Assembly (NCBI GenBank): GCA_030141605.1
Contig: JAQGDQ010000123.1
Coordinates: 434,001 to 498,000 of the forward strand
Reading direction: 5' to 3'
Source: Tubiluchus corallicola
Lineage: Eukaryota > Animalia > Priapulida
Length of the DNA stretch: 64,000 nucleotides
Numbering within the stretch: position 1 is the first letter of the stretch; every line of letters begins with the position of its first letter. Shown piece after piece: positions 1 through 13,400 of the stretch. A program made the translations under genes and the position numbers. The notes beneath the pieces were generated by a model that saw nothing but the letters and a program-made list of their open reading frames with translations, did no database searches and was not told where the DNA came from.

Positions 1-329
1 TGTACATTTGTGTTTCGTAGAGCTTGATTAATTGAATTTGGAAACAGATTGCATCCAGCAACTAAAAGTTTAGCTTTATCGACCGTCAAAAGGTCATTAA
101 AATTAACATACGGGGCTATTAAGACAGTTACTTTACTCGAGTAAGGTAATCTTATAGCATTGTAAATTGGACATATTAGTAAATAATGCAACACATCTTC
201 AGTTTGCAAATTACATTTGTTATAAATAGTAGCATGTGATAAAGCTGAATTTGTACAAAAGAGTAATTTAAAGCATTTGTGCCCAACCTTAATGTAGGTT
301 AACTCAGAAGCAAAACGTGCACCTGTAAA

Positions 330-1420
330 ATAATAAAATTTCAGGGGAATACAGTAAATTTTAATTAGAACTTTCTTAAAACTTACTGGCTAAAAATTTA
401 TTTTAATTTTCTAATATCAGTAGAAAGCTTATTCCATTTTTCTGTACCAGAAGGGAAAAACCTTGATTGAAAGTAGTTAGAAATACAAATAATTAACGAT
501 AAATTTTCACTATTACGTAAATTATAGTAGGTTCTATCATAAACAGGTTCTGTAAGTATGGAAGTAAGGTAAGATGATGAAGCTCCTTTAGCAATTTTAT
601 AAAATAAAGACATTTTATGAATGTATCTTCTGTGGTGACGTGGAGTCACAAGAAAGATCTCTCAGCAATTTCTCTCCGCTTGTACCAAACACAGCTCCAA
701 ACACTACCAATGAAACATGGTACTGAATTTGTTCAACAGCTAGAGCAGTCGCTTCTGTGCAATTGTCCCAAATGCATTCACAATATTCAAGCAATGGTCT
801 AATATACGATTTGTATAACTTGTCTAAGGACCACCTATCTAAAAGAAGTTAATTTTTTGCAATGGGTCTAAACGTTTAGAAGCTCTAACTAAAATAATAG
901 CATATGAACGTTGCAAGTTAAATTACTGGTTAAAATTAAACCCAAGTGTTTATGCTTAATATAATTTCCGATTTTTGTCCCCTGAAGAAGCAGATCGGGA
1001 TGAAATGGTGGATGAGTTTTGTGAGAAAAGATAACTAATTCTGTTTTGTCTGCATTAAAGGTAACCAACCATCTCCTAGCCCATTGAGTAATACAGATCT
1101 TAGATCTTGCTGTAATGTGTTACCAGTAGCACTTGGACACTCATCTACATGTTTTATGCATGTATCGTCAGTAAGTAATCGCATATCGGACTGAATACCA
1201 TCAGCTATGTGTCTTTAATGAATATCAAAAAGAGGAGAGGACCTATACACGCACTTTAGATCAGATGCAAAACCATTGATAATTACGGATTGTTTCCTTT
1301 CTGACAGATATGAACATAACCAAGAAAGTAGTTTTTCAGTGTCTCGTTAGCAGCAACTTTTACAGAGCATCGTTAAGCAAGGGCTTACTGTACTTTGCAA
1401 TGTGGAAATTTTCACCAGTG
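330..1420 (-). mobile_element. Decayed CR1/L2-clade LINE, ORF2 RT domain and C-terminus
   Basis: Minus-strand frameshifted segments read GPLLFLIFI, DMRLLTDDTC (YADD-equivalent), KHKHLGLILTSNL, LYKSYIRPLLEYCECIW, HRRYIHKMSLFYKI and RFFPSGTEKWNKL, in the order typical of CR1/L2 ORF2. Boundaries approximate. Confidence 0.85.
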
Positions 1421-1448
1421 CAGCTACAATTAAATTTTCTTTTGTTAG

Positions 1449-4400
1449 AACATTCCCAGTTATTTAAAAAGAAGCCACACTTCTGACACTGACTCTGATG
1501 TCAGCATCTCCATCAGCAGGCACAAAAAGGTGAGTTACATTGCTCTTGTGTTTTTGTCGTCTTTACTTTTATTTGTTTCATTTTTTTGTTTTTACATGTG
1601 GTGTGCACATTCTCAAAAGAGTTAGTTTAATTTGGATTAGTTGTCTGAGTTGTTGGATCATGCACCATGTTATAACACATGGCAGCGATGGGCGGTTAAT
1701 GGATTAATTGAATTAACCCCAAATACAACCATGTATAAATCATATAATTTGTAACTGAACAGTAATTCACTTAATCAACATTAATCGACAGCAAACTATA
1801 CGTGTTACACACCGACTAAAAGCCAGTGTGTTAGTACAAATAAACTCAATTTTTGTGTTTTTTTCTAATTTTTCCCACCTTACACAACGTCTACACCTTG
1901 TGCTAACCACTATGTTGGAAACTTCGTTGGCACGTGATGCATATAGTGACCTATAGAGTAGTTAACAAATGTACATGTCTATGAAATAGGTTACGAGTAC
2001 AACAATGGCTGACAGCGATGAAAGCTGTGAAGAAGTTTACAGGCTATATTTCCCTGCAATCATTGATAAATATTGCTAAAACGGTAAAAAAAGCGTCACC
2101 AAAGATTAATCGTGATATCAAATTACAAGAACAAGTTTGTAATCCAACTTCAAAATCACCCATCATTAATGCATGGTTTTCTTCCTGAGAAACTCCCAAT
2201 ACTTAACGTTCTAGAATTTTTGCAGTGTCTTTGTTTTGTAGTCTAACAAAAGGTATGGTGTATTACATGTGGGGAGAGAATTTTTAGTAATATTAAGATT
2301 ACTAGTGACTGGCGAAAACTTTAGTTCATCTTGAATAAAATTTGATCAATGGCCTCGGGTTTACCTCATTTGAGAGCGTTTACATGGAACATTGTCAAAA
2401 TTTCAAATTTTTTGAACTTAGATCTTGTATGTTTATAAGTATAAGTATGATTACAAATATATGAGCGATATAAGTTAATGAAAAAGAATATTAGCTGTTA
2501 CTTACAGTATATGACAAAAACATTAATTTCAAACTAATTTATTTCTGTTTATTGCACAATTCATGTGAACATGTCAGTAACAAGCATACAGTATCACAAT
2601 ACAATTATTATTTTCTAATGCTTGTACATTTCATGATAACAAGATGAGTAAATACATTATAATCAACGATTAATAAATGTTTATAATTATTATTACTATA
2701 AACTACAAACTTCCTGTAAAAATCCTATGTGTTTAAGAACTAACATGCGAAAATTTTGATTGCTACTGTATCAGTTTACAATTTACTTAGTAACTTTAAT
2801 TTACTATAATCTTTCATTTTGTTTTCACTTTCCACACCTGTACATTTTGATTTGTGCAGAAATACTTTTTAAAGAAACAAAGGCAAAACTAAGCTGCATG
2901 TTGTTAAATGCTGGCTTGGATTGTTTTAAACTTACGCTAACATACATACACTAACATATTACAGCCATTTGTACTAATGTCTGCACACCTTAATTGCTTG
3001 TAGAAGTCTATGTCTGTTACATTTAAGCTCTATTAACTCTATAAACACAATAAAAGTCGATTTTTTATATTTTTTGATCGCATGGCCCTGGAACAATTTC
3101 TGGTGTCATTACTTTATTTGACCAATCTGGCTCCTGTGTTTGAAATGAGTGTGCATTTACGTAACTCATTTATCAAGGTTGCCTGATAGAATCAAGGATC
3201 AAATTGCCCCAAATTTGAGATTTATAAGCTTACTGCAAAACTTTTTTGTGTTTTAATTAATTTTAAGCTGTATTCTGTTTCGTGTTTTGATTTTAAACAC
3301 AAAATTAAAATTTATAATCAATATGTTGAAAATTGTGTGGTGTGGTCAAGTTTTTTTATGTATTTGGCCCTCCTAACTTTAGAACCTGACTGCCCCTGTA
3401 TGCATAACGATAATTAGTAAGGCAGTCAAAGTACTCTTAAGTTTGAGTATGCTTACTGAACCAAATGACTATCTAGTTTAGACGTATTTGCAGATAATAA
3501 TGAATTTGATGGTTCTGCTCTCATAAGCTACAACTCTGTGCATTCACTGAGTGAAGCGTGAGAATGCTGATAAGCACATTGCTCGTTGCATAACGTAATA
3601 GTTTATTGACAGATTCACGTTTTCTAACTTAACTGGACATACTTCCTGCCATTTAGAGTTGAAAAGCAGAAACCAGGTTTTTGATTACCCATGTTCTATG
3701 TCAAGAAGAAAGGAAGAGATTTTCGAATGTGCGAAGGATGATGATGACTACGATTGTTATGACTGCATCACTTGTTTAACCATTGTTATGTTGTAAAAAC
3801 GAGGAAAAAGGTTTTAGGTGGACAACATAATAAATATACTATAGCAGAAACAGTTCAGAGTATTTTCACAAAAGAAAAATAAAGATGTGAAAATATGTGC
3901 TATAATACTCTCTGAAAGTCTACGTGTGTATCCTACTAATGCAGAAGTGTTTGGGCACGCAAAGGAAGTTTTAGTAAAAACTGTTTTATATGCATTGTAT
4001 AGCACATATGGAATCGTAGATATGGTATGCCACGCATGTGAGAGAGGCCAAGGTTATTGTTAAAAAGTGTGGTTATTTGATTAAACATGCAGGTAGTATA
4101 ACTGAGATCACTGCTATGATTGAGTGCAGTGTTGAAATGCTCCCAGATGATCCAGCTTTGTCTTTGTTTTTTGGTTCACAATCTGACAACATTTCTGGCT
4201 TGAGGTCGAGCACACGTTTCTCGCGGAGCTTCTTGGGCGAGTCACAGACGCCAAGGTCGCTGCCCTGATAATCTCCTTCGTTAAGCCAGACGGTTTCTCT
4301 CAGCCATCGTAATCGACAGTCACATTCAAAAGGGTTTCCTGATAATGAGTGAATGTGTTGTTAAAAGATCTAATGTTATAATTATATAAAGACAATTGTG

Positions 4401-7400
4401 TGTTTCCCTATTAATAAGTTTCTGGGTTGCTACTGGATAATGTGCTAAGTATTACAAAGGGGCCATCCATACATAACGATATCAAGTTTTCGGCCGATTT
4501 GGAGGACTATCCTACCTTATGTTGTAATAGTGTTATCATATGCCCCACCACCTACCTACCTCTTATATTGATATCGATGTAGTTTTTTGTACATTTTATT
4601 CTTTCTCCTCCCAAGGACATTCAACAACATCACTGTTGTTAATTAATGAGAAACCATCAGTGGGTTGCGTCATTCTACTGGCACTGCTACTGCTGCTGGC
4701 ACACACGTGTGAAAAAAACATGAAGTCAGTTAACAATATCATGACTAAATCACCTACTTACCTTTAATTTACCTTTACCTTTACTTTACTTACCTATTTA
4801 CATTATGTTATAATGGTGTTATCACATCTCATGTCATCTACCTCCCTAAACTTGATATCGTTATATTTGGATGGCCCCAAAACAGCAGTGTAGTGGCAAA
4901 ACTTTGCACCCACCCTCACAGCCCCAGTATCTGCTGGGAAACCCATCGGTTGGAGGGACCCTTGGCTGTGAAGAAGAACTGGTAAAGCATCAAAGTAATG
5001 CATAATTTTCCAAAACTTTAACAATTTTGTCAACGCGAAATTCTCAAGGAAAAATTAAAGGCAAGTTATGATGTTTTTTGACCGATCTTAAAAATTGTGG
5101 TACATTCGATAGGCCTCAGACATTTTTACCTAAGTTTAATGATTTGTGGTCCACTGGCACTACTTTTGCAGGGTGACCCAAACATACAGTTATGCTAATA
5201 CAGAGCTACAGTGCAGCACAAACCACATATGTGCAGTGAATCTTAAATATGTATTTGGCACAACTACAATATGTTTAATATAAGAATGTAAAGAAAACAA
5301 AAAACTGTTGGTGGTGATTGCATTAGGCTAAACCACGAGTTTTTGTAAATTATATGTACAACTTATAATTTAAAATTAGATGGGCTGTATTTTTTATATA
5401 GCCTATACCCTCATTGACAGCCATTACACCCTCAAGCCTCAATGAGTTATTCTGTTTTGTAAAAATAATTGTCAATTAATATTGTGTGAAGAAATTCCAC
5501 CTAGCTGTGAGATGAACTTTTAATTTAATAAATGATAGAACTTCATAATGAAACTTCAAAATTTGCTATTACTTGATTTTCTTGTACTTGGAGTTACATG
5601 TACTTACTGGTTTTTTGTTATTATTGTTGTTGTTGTTATCGTCACCATTATTGTATATCTTATATCGTTATCATTATCATTATGGTAGTACCAGTAGCTG
5701 TAGCATAATAGTTGTCACTCACCATATAGCAGCAGTAAAACGTTTTTTGTCTCAACATTTTGATGAAATGGTATGTAGTCAATATTTTTTATGCCATTCC
5801 TCGACAGATCAAGCTCTTTTAACCTCGACAGTGAAGATAGGTCCAACTTGAAATGCTGAAGCTTGGCAGCTGTAATTTTGAGTGATTCCAAGTCCCTTAG
5901 ACTTAAAAATGCTTTTGGGTGTATCTGTGGGAGATTGGTTGCCTTTATTATAAGATTCGTAGCGTCAAGACCTTCAAAGGTTTTCTCCTTGATTGCCATC
6001 AAATTTCTTGCCCTGAGTTCTACATGACGGGCCACTATTCCCTTCAGAAACTTCTTGGGAAATGTAGCATTGGGGTTGTTGTTGGTGACCATGAGTTTGT
6101 AGACAGGCCGGTCGATCTCGCTCACAGCTGCTTCGAACTGTGTGCTGTCATGGTAGATGCAGGCAACGTGTGGACATTTTTCTGTGATGGCCACCCTTGT
6201 TCCAAAGCTGCAGTGACACTGTGTCATTTTCGGACATCCGGAGTACTGTGAGCAGTCTTCAGCATGGCACAGGAGTAATAAAGTCGACATCACTAATAAA
6301 AACTCTGTACTCAAATAATTAGAAGGCATTTTTCAATTAAAGTAGTCAGAGTTTGCTATTATTTGCCACTTAAATATTTCCTTTCTCAAGTACACGAACT
6401 ACTGGCCACTACTGCATATTGTAGCAAATTAAGCTCTGAGAACAGCATTTTTTCAGGTAGTTTGATGGGTGTTGGCAGCACAACAGGCCTAAAATGTGAA
6501 TTAGTGGCAGCCCTTGCAGAAGTTTTCCATTACAGTATTTCGGCTGTTGACACATTATTTCTCATCGTAGGCTGTCACCTTGGTGATGCCATGCTCATTA
6601 TTTGCATTGTATTTGGTGTTGGTCATCTTCCCACCCCCATCACAGTTTCTTTGGCCCTGTACCGGTTTAGTGTCAAACCTCAAACTTTGTTGTAGTTAAT
6701 GCCCCAGAGACATTTTTAAAAACCAGTTGGCGTGAGCTGTTCAGCCTCTGCTAATGTTTAATCCTATAATTGTAAATATTGGAATGCAAATATAAGATTA
6801 CAGCTGAGATGATATGAACCATAAAAACTCTGTTTGACCAATACATTCTCACGTGGGCTAAGAAAAACAACGGCACCCTATCAGCACTGCTTGCATAAGA
6901 TGATATTATTGGATTAAGCAATGGAGAAGCACTTGTTAATTATATTTCTGGGAGTTTATTACATAGGCTGTTAGAAGTCCTGTTTGGAGGAAGTAAAAAA
7001 TAAAAGTTTGATGTAAAAGATTAACTTTTTTGTGATAAGTTATGGTTCTAATACTTCTGTTATTTAAGAATTGAAGAAATGTCCTAGATAGCTCTATTAT
7101 TGAATAACATTTTATCATTATCCACCAATGCAAGAATTAAACTGTTAAGTTTATATACGTGTGTGTGTGTGTGTGTGCATGCTTGCATGTGTGAGGGTGT
7201 GTGTGTGTGTTTGTATATGTATATATACTGGTATTGGCATATGAATTTCCTTATGTTTTTGGACAGGTATAATTGATATTAAAAATGTGTTGTTTTAATT
7301 TTATAATATTAACTTATAATCACTCAAATTTAATTGACTTTGGTTTTGTTTGTTTTGTTTTCAGTTTTGTTTATTGTTAATTTCAGTCTCATTTAATGTA

Positions 7401-10400
7401 AGCCCAACGATGGTGATTACATCGTTATAATTATGTCAGTTTGCTTTTGACCATGTATGGTAATTACATGCCATGTTTTGTTACAGATTCGAGGTTTAGG
7501 CTCTGGACGTAGCACGCCATCCTCAAAGTTCAGCAAAGCTGAGTCAGTACTGCGTGAGGGGCCGAAATGGGATCCCGAACGGCTGACGCTTGAAACAAAA
7601 TTCGTAATGGGTGCTAAAGCAAATAAGTGAGCAATAATTTTAATATTAAATGTTTTGCTAATGATATATACAACGGGTGGTGTGGGTCAATAGTACATGT
7701 GTCTCAGTTCTTAGCTGCTATGGACTCCTGTGCTTTTTGGATTCCTTTAGTTCTCTATCATGGTTATTTTCCAACATTTGGTTTTTATTTTATGGGACTG
7801 TGCCGGTTAAAGGCAAATTATATATTTATGAGTCAAGATATAATTTTATGTGAAAACAGAGATTTTGCTTAGTTTTTGTAAGTGACTATGGCTTTTCATT
7901 CTTGTTTTTATGCTAATTTAGTGTAATAACAAGAACGAAAATTCACAATTTTCTTGAGAGCCTAAAGTCTTCGATAAAACTGCATTTTTACTGACCAATT
8001 TATCAAGCAGAATTCCTAATTTTGATTATTCAATAGTGTAGAGAGTGTGGTGGAGAGCCAGTTCATGTGAGCAATAGTGTTGCAGTGCAGTGACAAACTG
8101 CCCCTTCCCCCCCCCCCCCCCATTAAAAACATGAAATGCCTACTTTATGTTTGGAATATTTCAAAATGTCATAAGAATTTAAGTACTGTACTTAAATCTT
8201 CATCGCCAAGTGATATTAAAGATAAGTTGTGTCTCTATTTTGCAGAGTAATGTTTGTTCACTGTTTTACAGAGCATTAGGTCTTGGTGCTACTCGTGGTA
8301 GATTGTACATAAAACATCCAGATTTATTTAAGGTAAGTAATTACTACTTAAACTATGCACAGTGATCATAAGTAGCGAAACAAAAAAAGAAAAGGAAAGA
8401 TGCAAAAGGTGAAATGTGACTGGTGCATCACAGAATTCACGGGCAGTTTTTTTGGTCCCTAATTCTTTGAACTAACGTGTTGCTTAGGTTACAAATTGCT
8501 GTGTTATTTACTGAGTGGAGACCATCTTTAACTGCTTTACTCGTTATGATGCTGAATCCGGCAACTAGCGATGCCACTTCACGATAAGAATATTGAAAAA
8601 ATCAGCAGCAGTTTGTTTGACGATTAACTTCGCTACTCCAAGGCCCTATTATTGTGAATGCACTATTACGCATCTTCTTTGTATGCCAATTTACTGTCAA
8701 AATAAGTAATGTAGTATAATATAAACTATCTTATGCATAATTGACCTCCTGTTTGTCAATTGCAGAATTAACTGCTGAAAGTGGACAATAGGTCCTACTA
8801 ATTTTGTTATAGTGACTGCTAATCATTAGCTCTAAATTAGTTTTGAAAAAGCATTTCTTGTGCAAATTATTTTTAAAAATACAAAAAAAATGAGAAAATA
8901 ATAACATAAGAAAATGTAATATCTCACCACAAATAAATAAGCTTTTCATAAATTTGTTTTTTTGTGGTATTTGCTTCACATGTTGCTGTGAAATACACAC
9001 ATATTTAAGGTTGAATATCAGCAGTTGTTTCCTGTTTAGCTATAACTCGGTTAATTTTAACTTTAGTATTCAGGTGATAGTGAAGACAAGGTGTGGTTGT
9101 ACGAAAATAGGTTGATGCCAGCAACGGGTGGAAGAGCCTATCTCTTGATAGAGGAAGATATTTATGATTTAGCTGAAACAAATGAATACAAGTAAGTTTT
9201 CATACAAAGCCTTTCACAAAATTCTTTCTGAATTATGTAAGTATGGAGTGAGTTGTTTCCATAGTCATAGATGCTTTGCTGAAATCTGTTCATTCTCGCT
9301 TATTTGTCGTAACGTGAGTACTGATAGCTGCATCAGCTTGAACACAGTTGAGATTGAAGTGTTGGTGTGTTAACGTGTCAGTGTAGTTGAGTGATAGTTT
9401 TAACATTTTTTTGTATTAATCTGATGCAGCAATCAACATTGATCATAGCTGCAAAAGATGGTTAAAAGGCTGATACTCACGTTAACAAATCATTTTAATC
9501 AAATTAACAAACTATATGTTTAAGAAACAATCATATTATTACTATGTTAGAACAGCAACACATATTTATTTCTATTCATTTGATCATAGCTGCAAAAGAT
9601 GGTTAAAAGGCTGATAATCACGTTAACAAATCATTTTAATCAAATTAACAAACTATATGTTTAAGAAACAATCATATTATTACTATGTTAGAACAGCAAC
9701 ACATGTTTATTTCTATTCATTTAATTCTGCTAATAAGTTTTTGTCGTATTTTATTCACTTATAGTTATAACTTGATGTCTATGTTTGAATTTGATATAAC
9801 ATATTAAATAACCGTAAAAGATGTGAGAATGCTAATATATTTTCAAGCTAATTTCTGCATTAAAGACACATATATAGATAAAGATAGCAAAATCATCTCA
9901 AATTGTAATCTTCTACCAGAATCTGTAGTTGTTTGTGGTGGCGATTCAGTGGTGTCTTTGGTGTATTCTGTCGTTTCCTCTTCCTCTGTCGTCGGGTTTC
10001 CAGTTGGCGGTCTGTATGGATTGCATAAGTCTGCTGCATTCAGTTCATCGAGGCTTTGTCCGCTAAAATGTGGTGGCTCGGCACAAGTTCCAAGTTTAGT
10101 TCCCCAGCCCCAGGTAGTGTTAACCAGCCAGGCCAGTTCACACGAACAGTTTAATGGATTGTCTGAAAAATTTTTAATATATTATAGGAAACTTAAAGAT
10201 TGCACAAGTCTTCGGTAGTTAAGTCGTCAAGACTTTGTCCGCTCAGATGAGGTGGTGCAGCACACTTTCCAAGTCTGGTACCTCCTCCCCAGGAAGTGTT
10301 AATGAGCCAGGCTAGTTCACACAAACAGTTTAAGGGATTGTCTGAAAAAGTTTAATGCATTAAACCTGGTTATTGTTGTCCCGAATTTTTTGGAAAGCAA

Positions 10401-13400
10401 AATGATGAGTGTACATTATATGATTTCAATCTCATGGCTGTTCAGTAAAATTAGTGCTAAGTAATATTGTATGAAAACACTGTTTTGCACATTTTAATTC
10501 TACTACTGTGTGTACTTTCAGCCAAATTTTAGGAATTTTATTGATGTTATTCTTTTTTTCGTTTAAAACAGCTGTTTGTAAGAGTTGGAGTTATGTAATG
10601 GCATTTTTTCTAAGATTCACCATCAAGATAACCCCTAAAGCTTATCAAGTTTATCGTACCTGATTAGTCACTTGAAAAGTTGACTGTTTTTAGGTGATCA
10701 ACATTGCACACTTTCGATGCTATCTATAATTTGCGTTGTTCAACATTAGTGTGACTGCTAGGCTATTTAACACTTAAATTTCACTAGAATAAGTGGGAAT
10801 CAAAACAGAACAGAAAGTTATTGTGCTAATTGTGTCATTTGGCAATATTAAGTTGATTTAACAATAAGAACTTACTACTCAAGTCTAGCGTTATGGCTTG
10901 ATATTCGCTTCTGCTTATAATGGAATCTTCGTCTAATGTTTTTATTAGATTGTTGCTGAGGTCGAGGCTTTCTAGTTCTTCTAGTCCGGGATCGTCGAAG
11001 ACTCCGCGTTTTATATGCTCAAACTTGTTGTAAACCAAGCTAATTATTTTCAACTTAGTGGTTTTTGCAAATGTGCCAGATTCCAATGATGTCAGATTGT
11101 TCTCACCTAGAAAAAGCACAGTGAGATTTTGCAAGTTGTCCAACGCCCTTTCCTCAATTGTGTGGATCTTGTTGTAGTCCAGATAAAGTGCGAACAAACC
11201 TGATAAACTTCCAAGTGTGTTTGCCTGAAGAGTTGTAATGCCATTGTAGCACATCCACAAGTTCTGTACGCTGCCAGGAATTGAAGGTATCCAAGAGGCA
11301 ACATCCGTTATTGCGTTTTGACTTAAGTCAAGTGTTATCAAATGTGGAAGTCCTTCAAAGCTCTCACTTGCAATTTCACTTAAACGATTACGTCTCAAAT
11401 ATAGATACTGCAATGAGGAAATATCAGAAAAGGCATTATTACTTATCTTAGTTAGTTGTTCATTGTCTACAATTTCTAGTGTGGTTAGTCCTAGTTGTGC
11501 AGAAGAATGTTTGAATGCTCCACTGTTGAGTTCAGTTACATCTGTTCTATTCACTCGTAGTTTCTGTAAAGAGATCATACTTTCTAACATGTTATCAACC
11601 AGCTTTGGCGAGTAGTGAAACTCACTGATGATAAAGGTGCCAATCTGTAACCGCATTGTCTTTAACGTTAATCTTAGTGGTTCATATCCCATCCATTCGC
11701 AGAATATTGTTGATTGACCGCCGGATTCTGTACATACACATCGGTCATTTGGTAATTCATGTGGACATAAAGGCACATCTACGCAATCATGGAAACATGG
11801 CCAATAGCTGAAGGTTATTTGTGGCAGCCATGCCGACAGTATAACACAGACTGACAGTTTTACAAGTTTCATAATTTTATGTAGAGTACCAGACGTTTTC
11901 ACTAATTTTATAACTGCTTCCTTCCTAGCTTCTTATGTCAGCTTCTGTTATAACGGCATTAGTATTTACATTACAAATACGCCCTTTGCTTTACGTTAAT
12001 GTAACATGTATTTATCATTCTTGCGTAAATCATCACATTTTGTTTACAAACTACGTCACATTCTGACACATTTATCACGTCAGTAGAAGCTGATTCTGTA
12101 CTGACACACAGTCCAAAGACCATGTTAGAGTATCAGGTACAGTGTAACTACATGTGTCTACATTGCACAATATTTCACGTTGCAAAATATGGTTGACTAA
12201 AATTAGGTTAAATGCAACTACTTAACCATGGTTATGGAATTATTACAGTGAAATTTCAGTCTTTGCTACACTGTTTTGGAGCCAGAGAACATGTCAGTAA
12301 AATGAAAAAAGAAATGACTTCCGATGCAGTTTTTATCTCTTGTTTGCAATTCTTTTGTTATTAAGTAGTTCTCTTCAGGAGAAAGGGAGACTTCATGATG
12401 ATCAGATTATTTTATATATCAACTTCCCCCTCCAGAATTCCCACACATTTTGACACGGTTTGACTACATAAGTGTCTTTTTAAATAAATTATTATTAACT
12501 ATTGTTGATTAAGAAATAAATATATAGTCAGTTACTATTTCCTGACAAAAATGTTTCTGTGTAGGAATAAATAAGTAGTCGGTTGGTATATCCAGACAAA
12601 TGTATGTTTCTGTATGGATCAAACATGTTTGATAGATAGAAATTTTAAATTGAGCAAGTAGAAGAAAATGTTTTCTGCATACAATAAAAAAAAACCAATC
12701 AGTTGTCCTTGAAAAATGTTTTTCTTGCACCCTTAAAACTACTGTTTCCTGTGAAACATAACCAACTCAGAATTAATAAAAATGTTATAGAGGGACGTGC
12801 TTATAGAGCACTATAAAAGGTGGTCGGTGAGCCGGGCATCCAGAGCTCCAAAGTTGTGTGTTCTAAGCAACATTCGCATGTTTTATTTAATTACTGTTCA
12901 TGAATAATTGCGTATTCACTTATCAGATTTTGATAAAACCAGAACCAGAGGACAAAAAAACAAAAGAACAAAAGGGAAAGCTATTTGATCCATTTGGTAA
13001 TTGGTAACATTTAGGGTTAGACTGTTAGGGCATTCCCACAATTTAAAGGTTATAAATCAGTAAAGTTGAACAGCCATATATATCACATATAATTTTATTT
13101 TGGCGTGTCTTCTGGTACGAGTATTGAACACATTTATATAACCATATTTTTATTATTGCCAGAGACACAAAAAAATAAAACCTTTGGCCACAGCAAGCAC
13201 TGATAAGAAGGCCTCGGGAAGAAGAAATGGTATACAGGTGGTTAACTATTGAAGATCAAATACATAGAAATAGATTAATATACGATGAATTACATACATT
13301 AGTAAACGTAAATAAGCTAAATGTTGAAGATGGCATCAGTGTTTAAGTTGTCAAGATTTTACTTGATAAGGCGAAGTAGTTTGCCATGCATTCCATATCT

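Noticed and set aside
10163-10192. Micro-intron joining exon A to exon B (double LRRCT protein)
   Set aside because: It has GT...AG ends but is only 30 nt and lies after the exon A stop codon, so it cannot give a fused protein.
9823-10218. Plus-strand 131-aa ORF (also 4038-4268 and 5919-6251)
   Set aside because: Antisense shadows of the minus-strand LRR exons.
11873-11902. ORF-track start of LRR gene 2 at 11902
   Set aside because: It is a GTG; the first ATG at 11872 directly begins a signal peptide.
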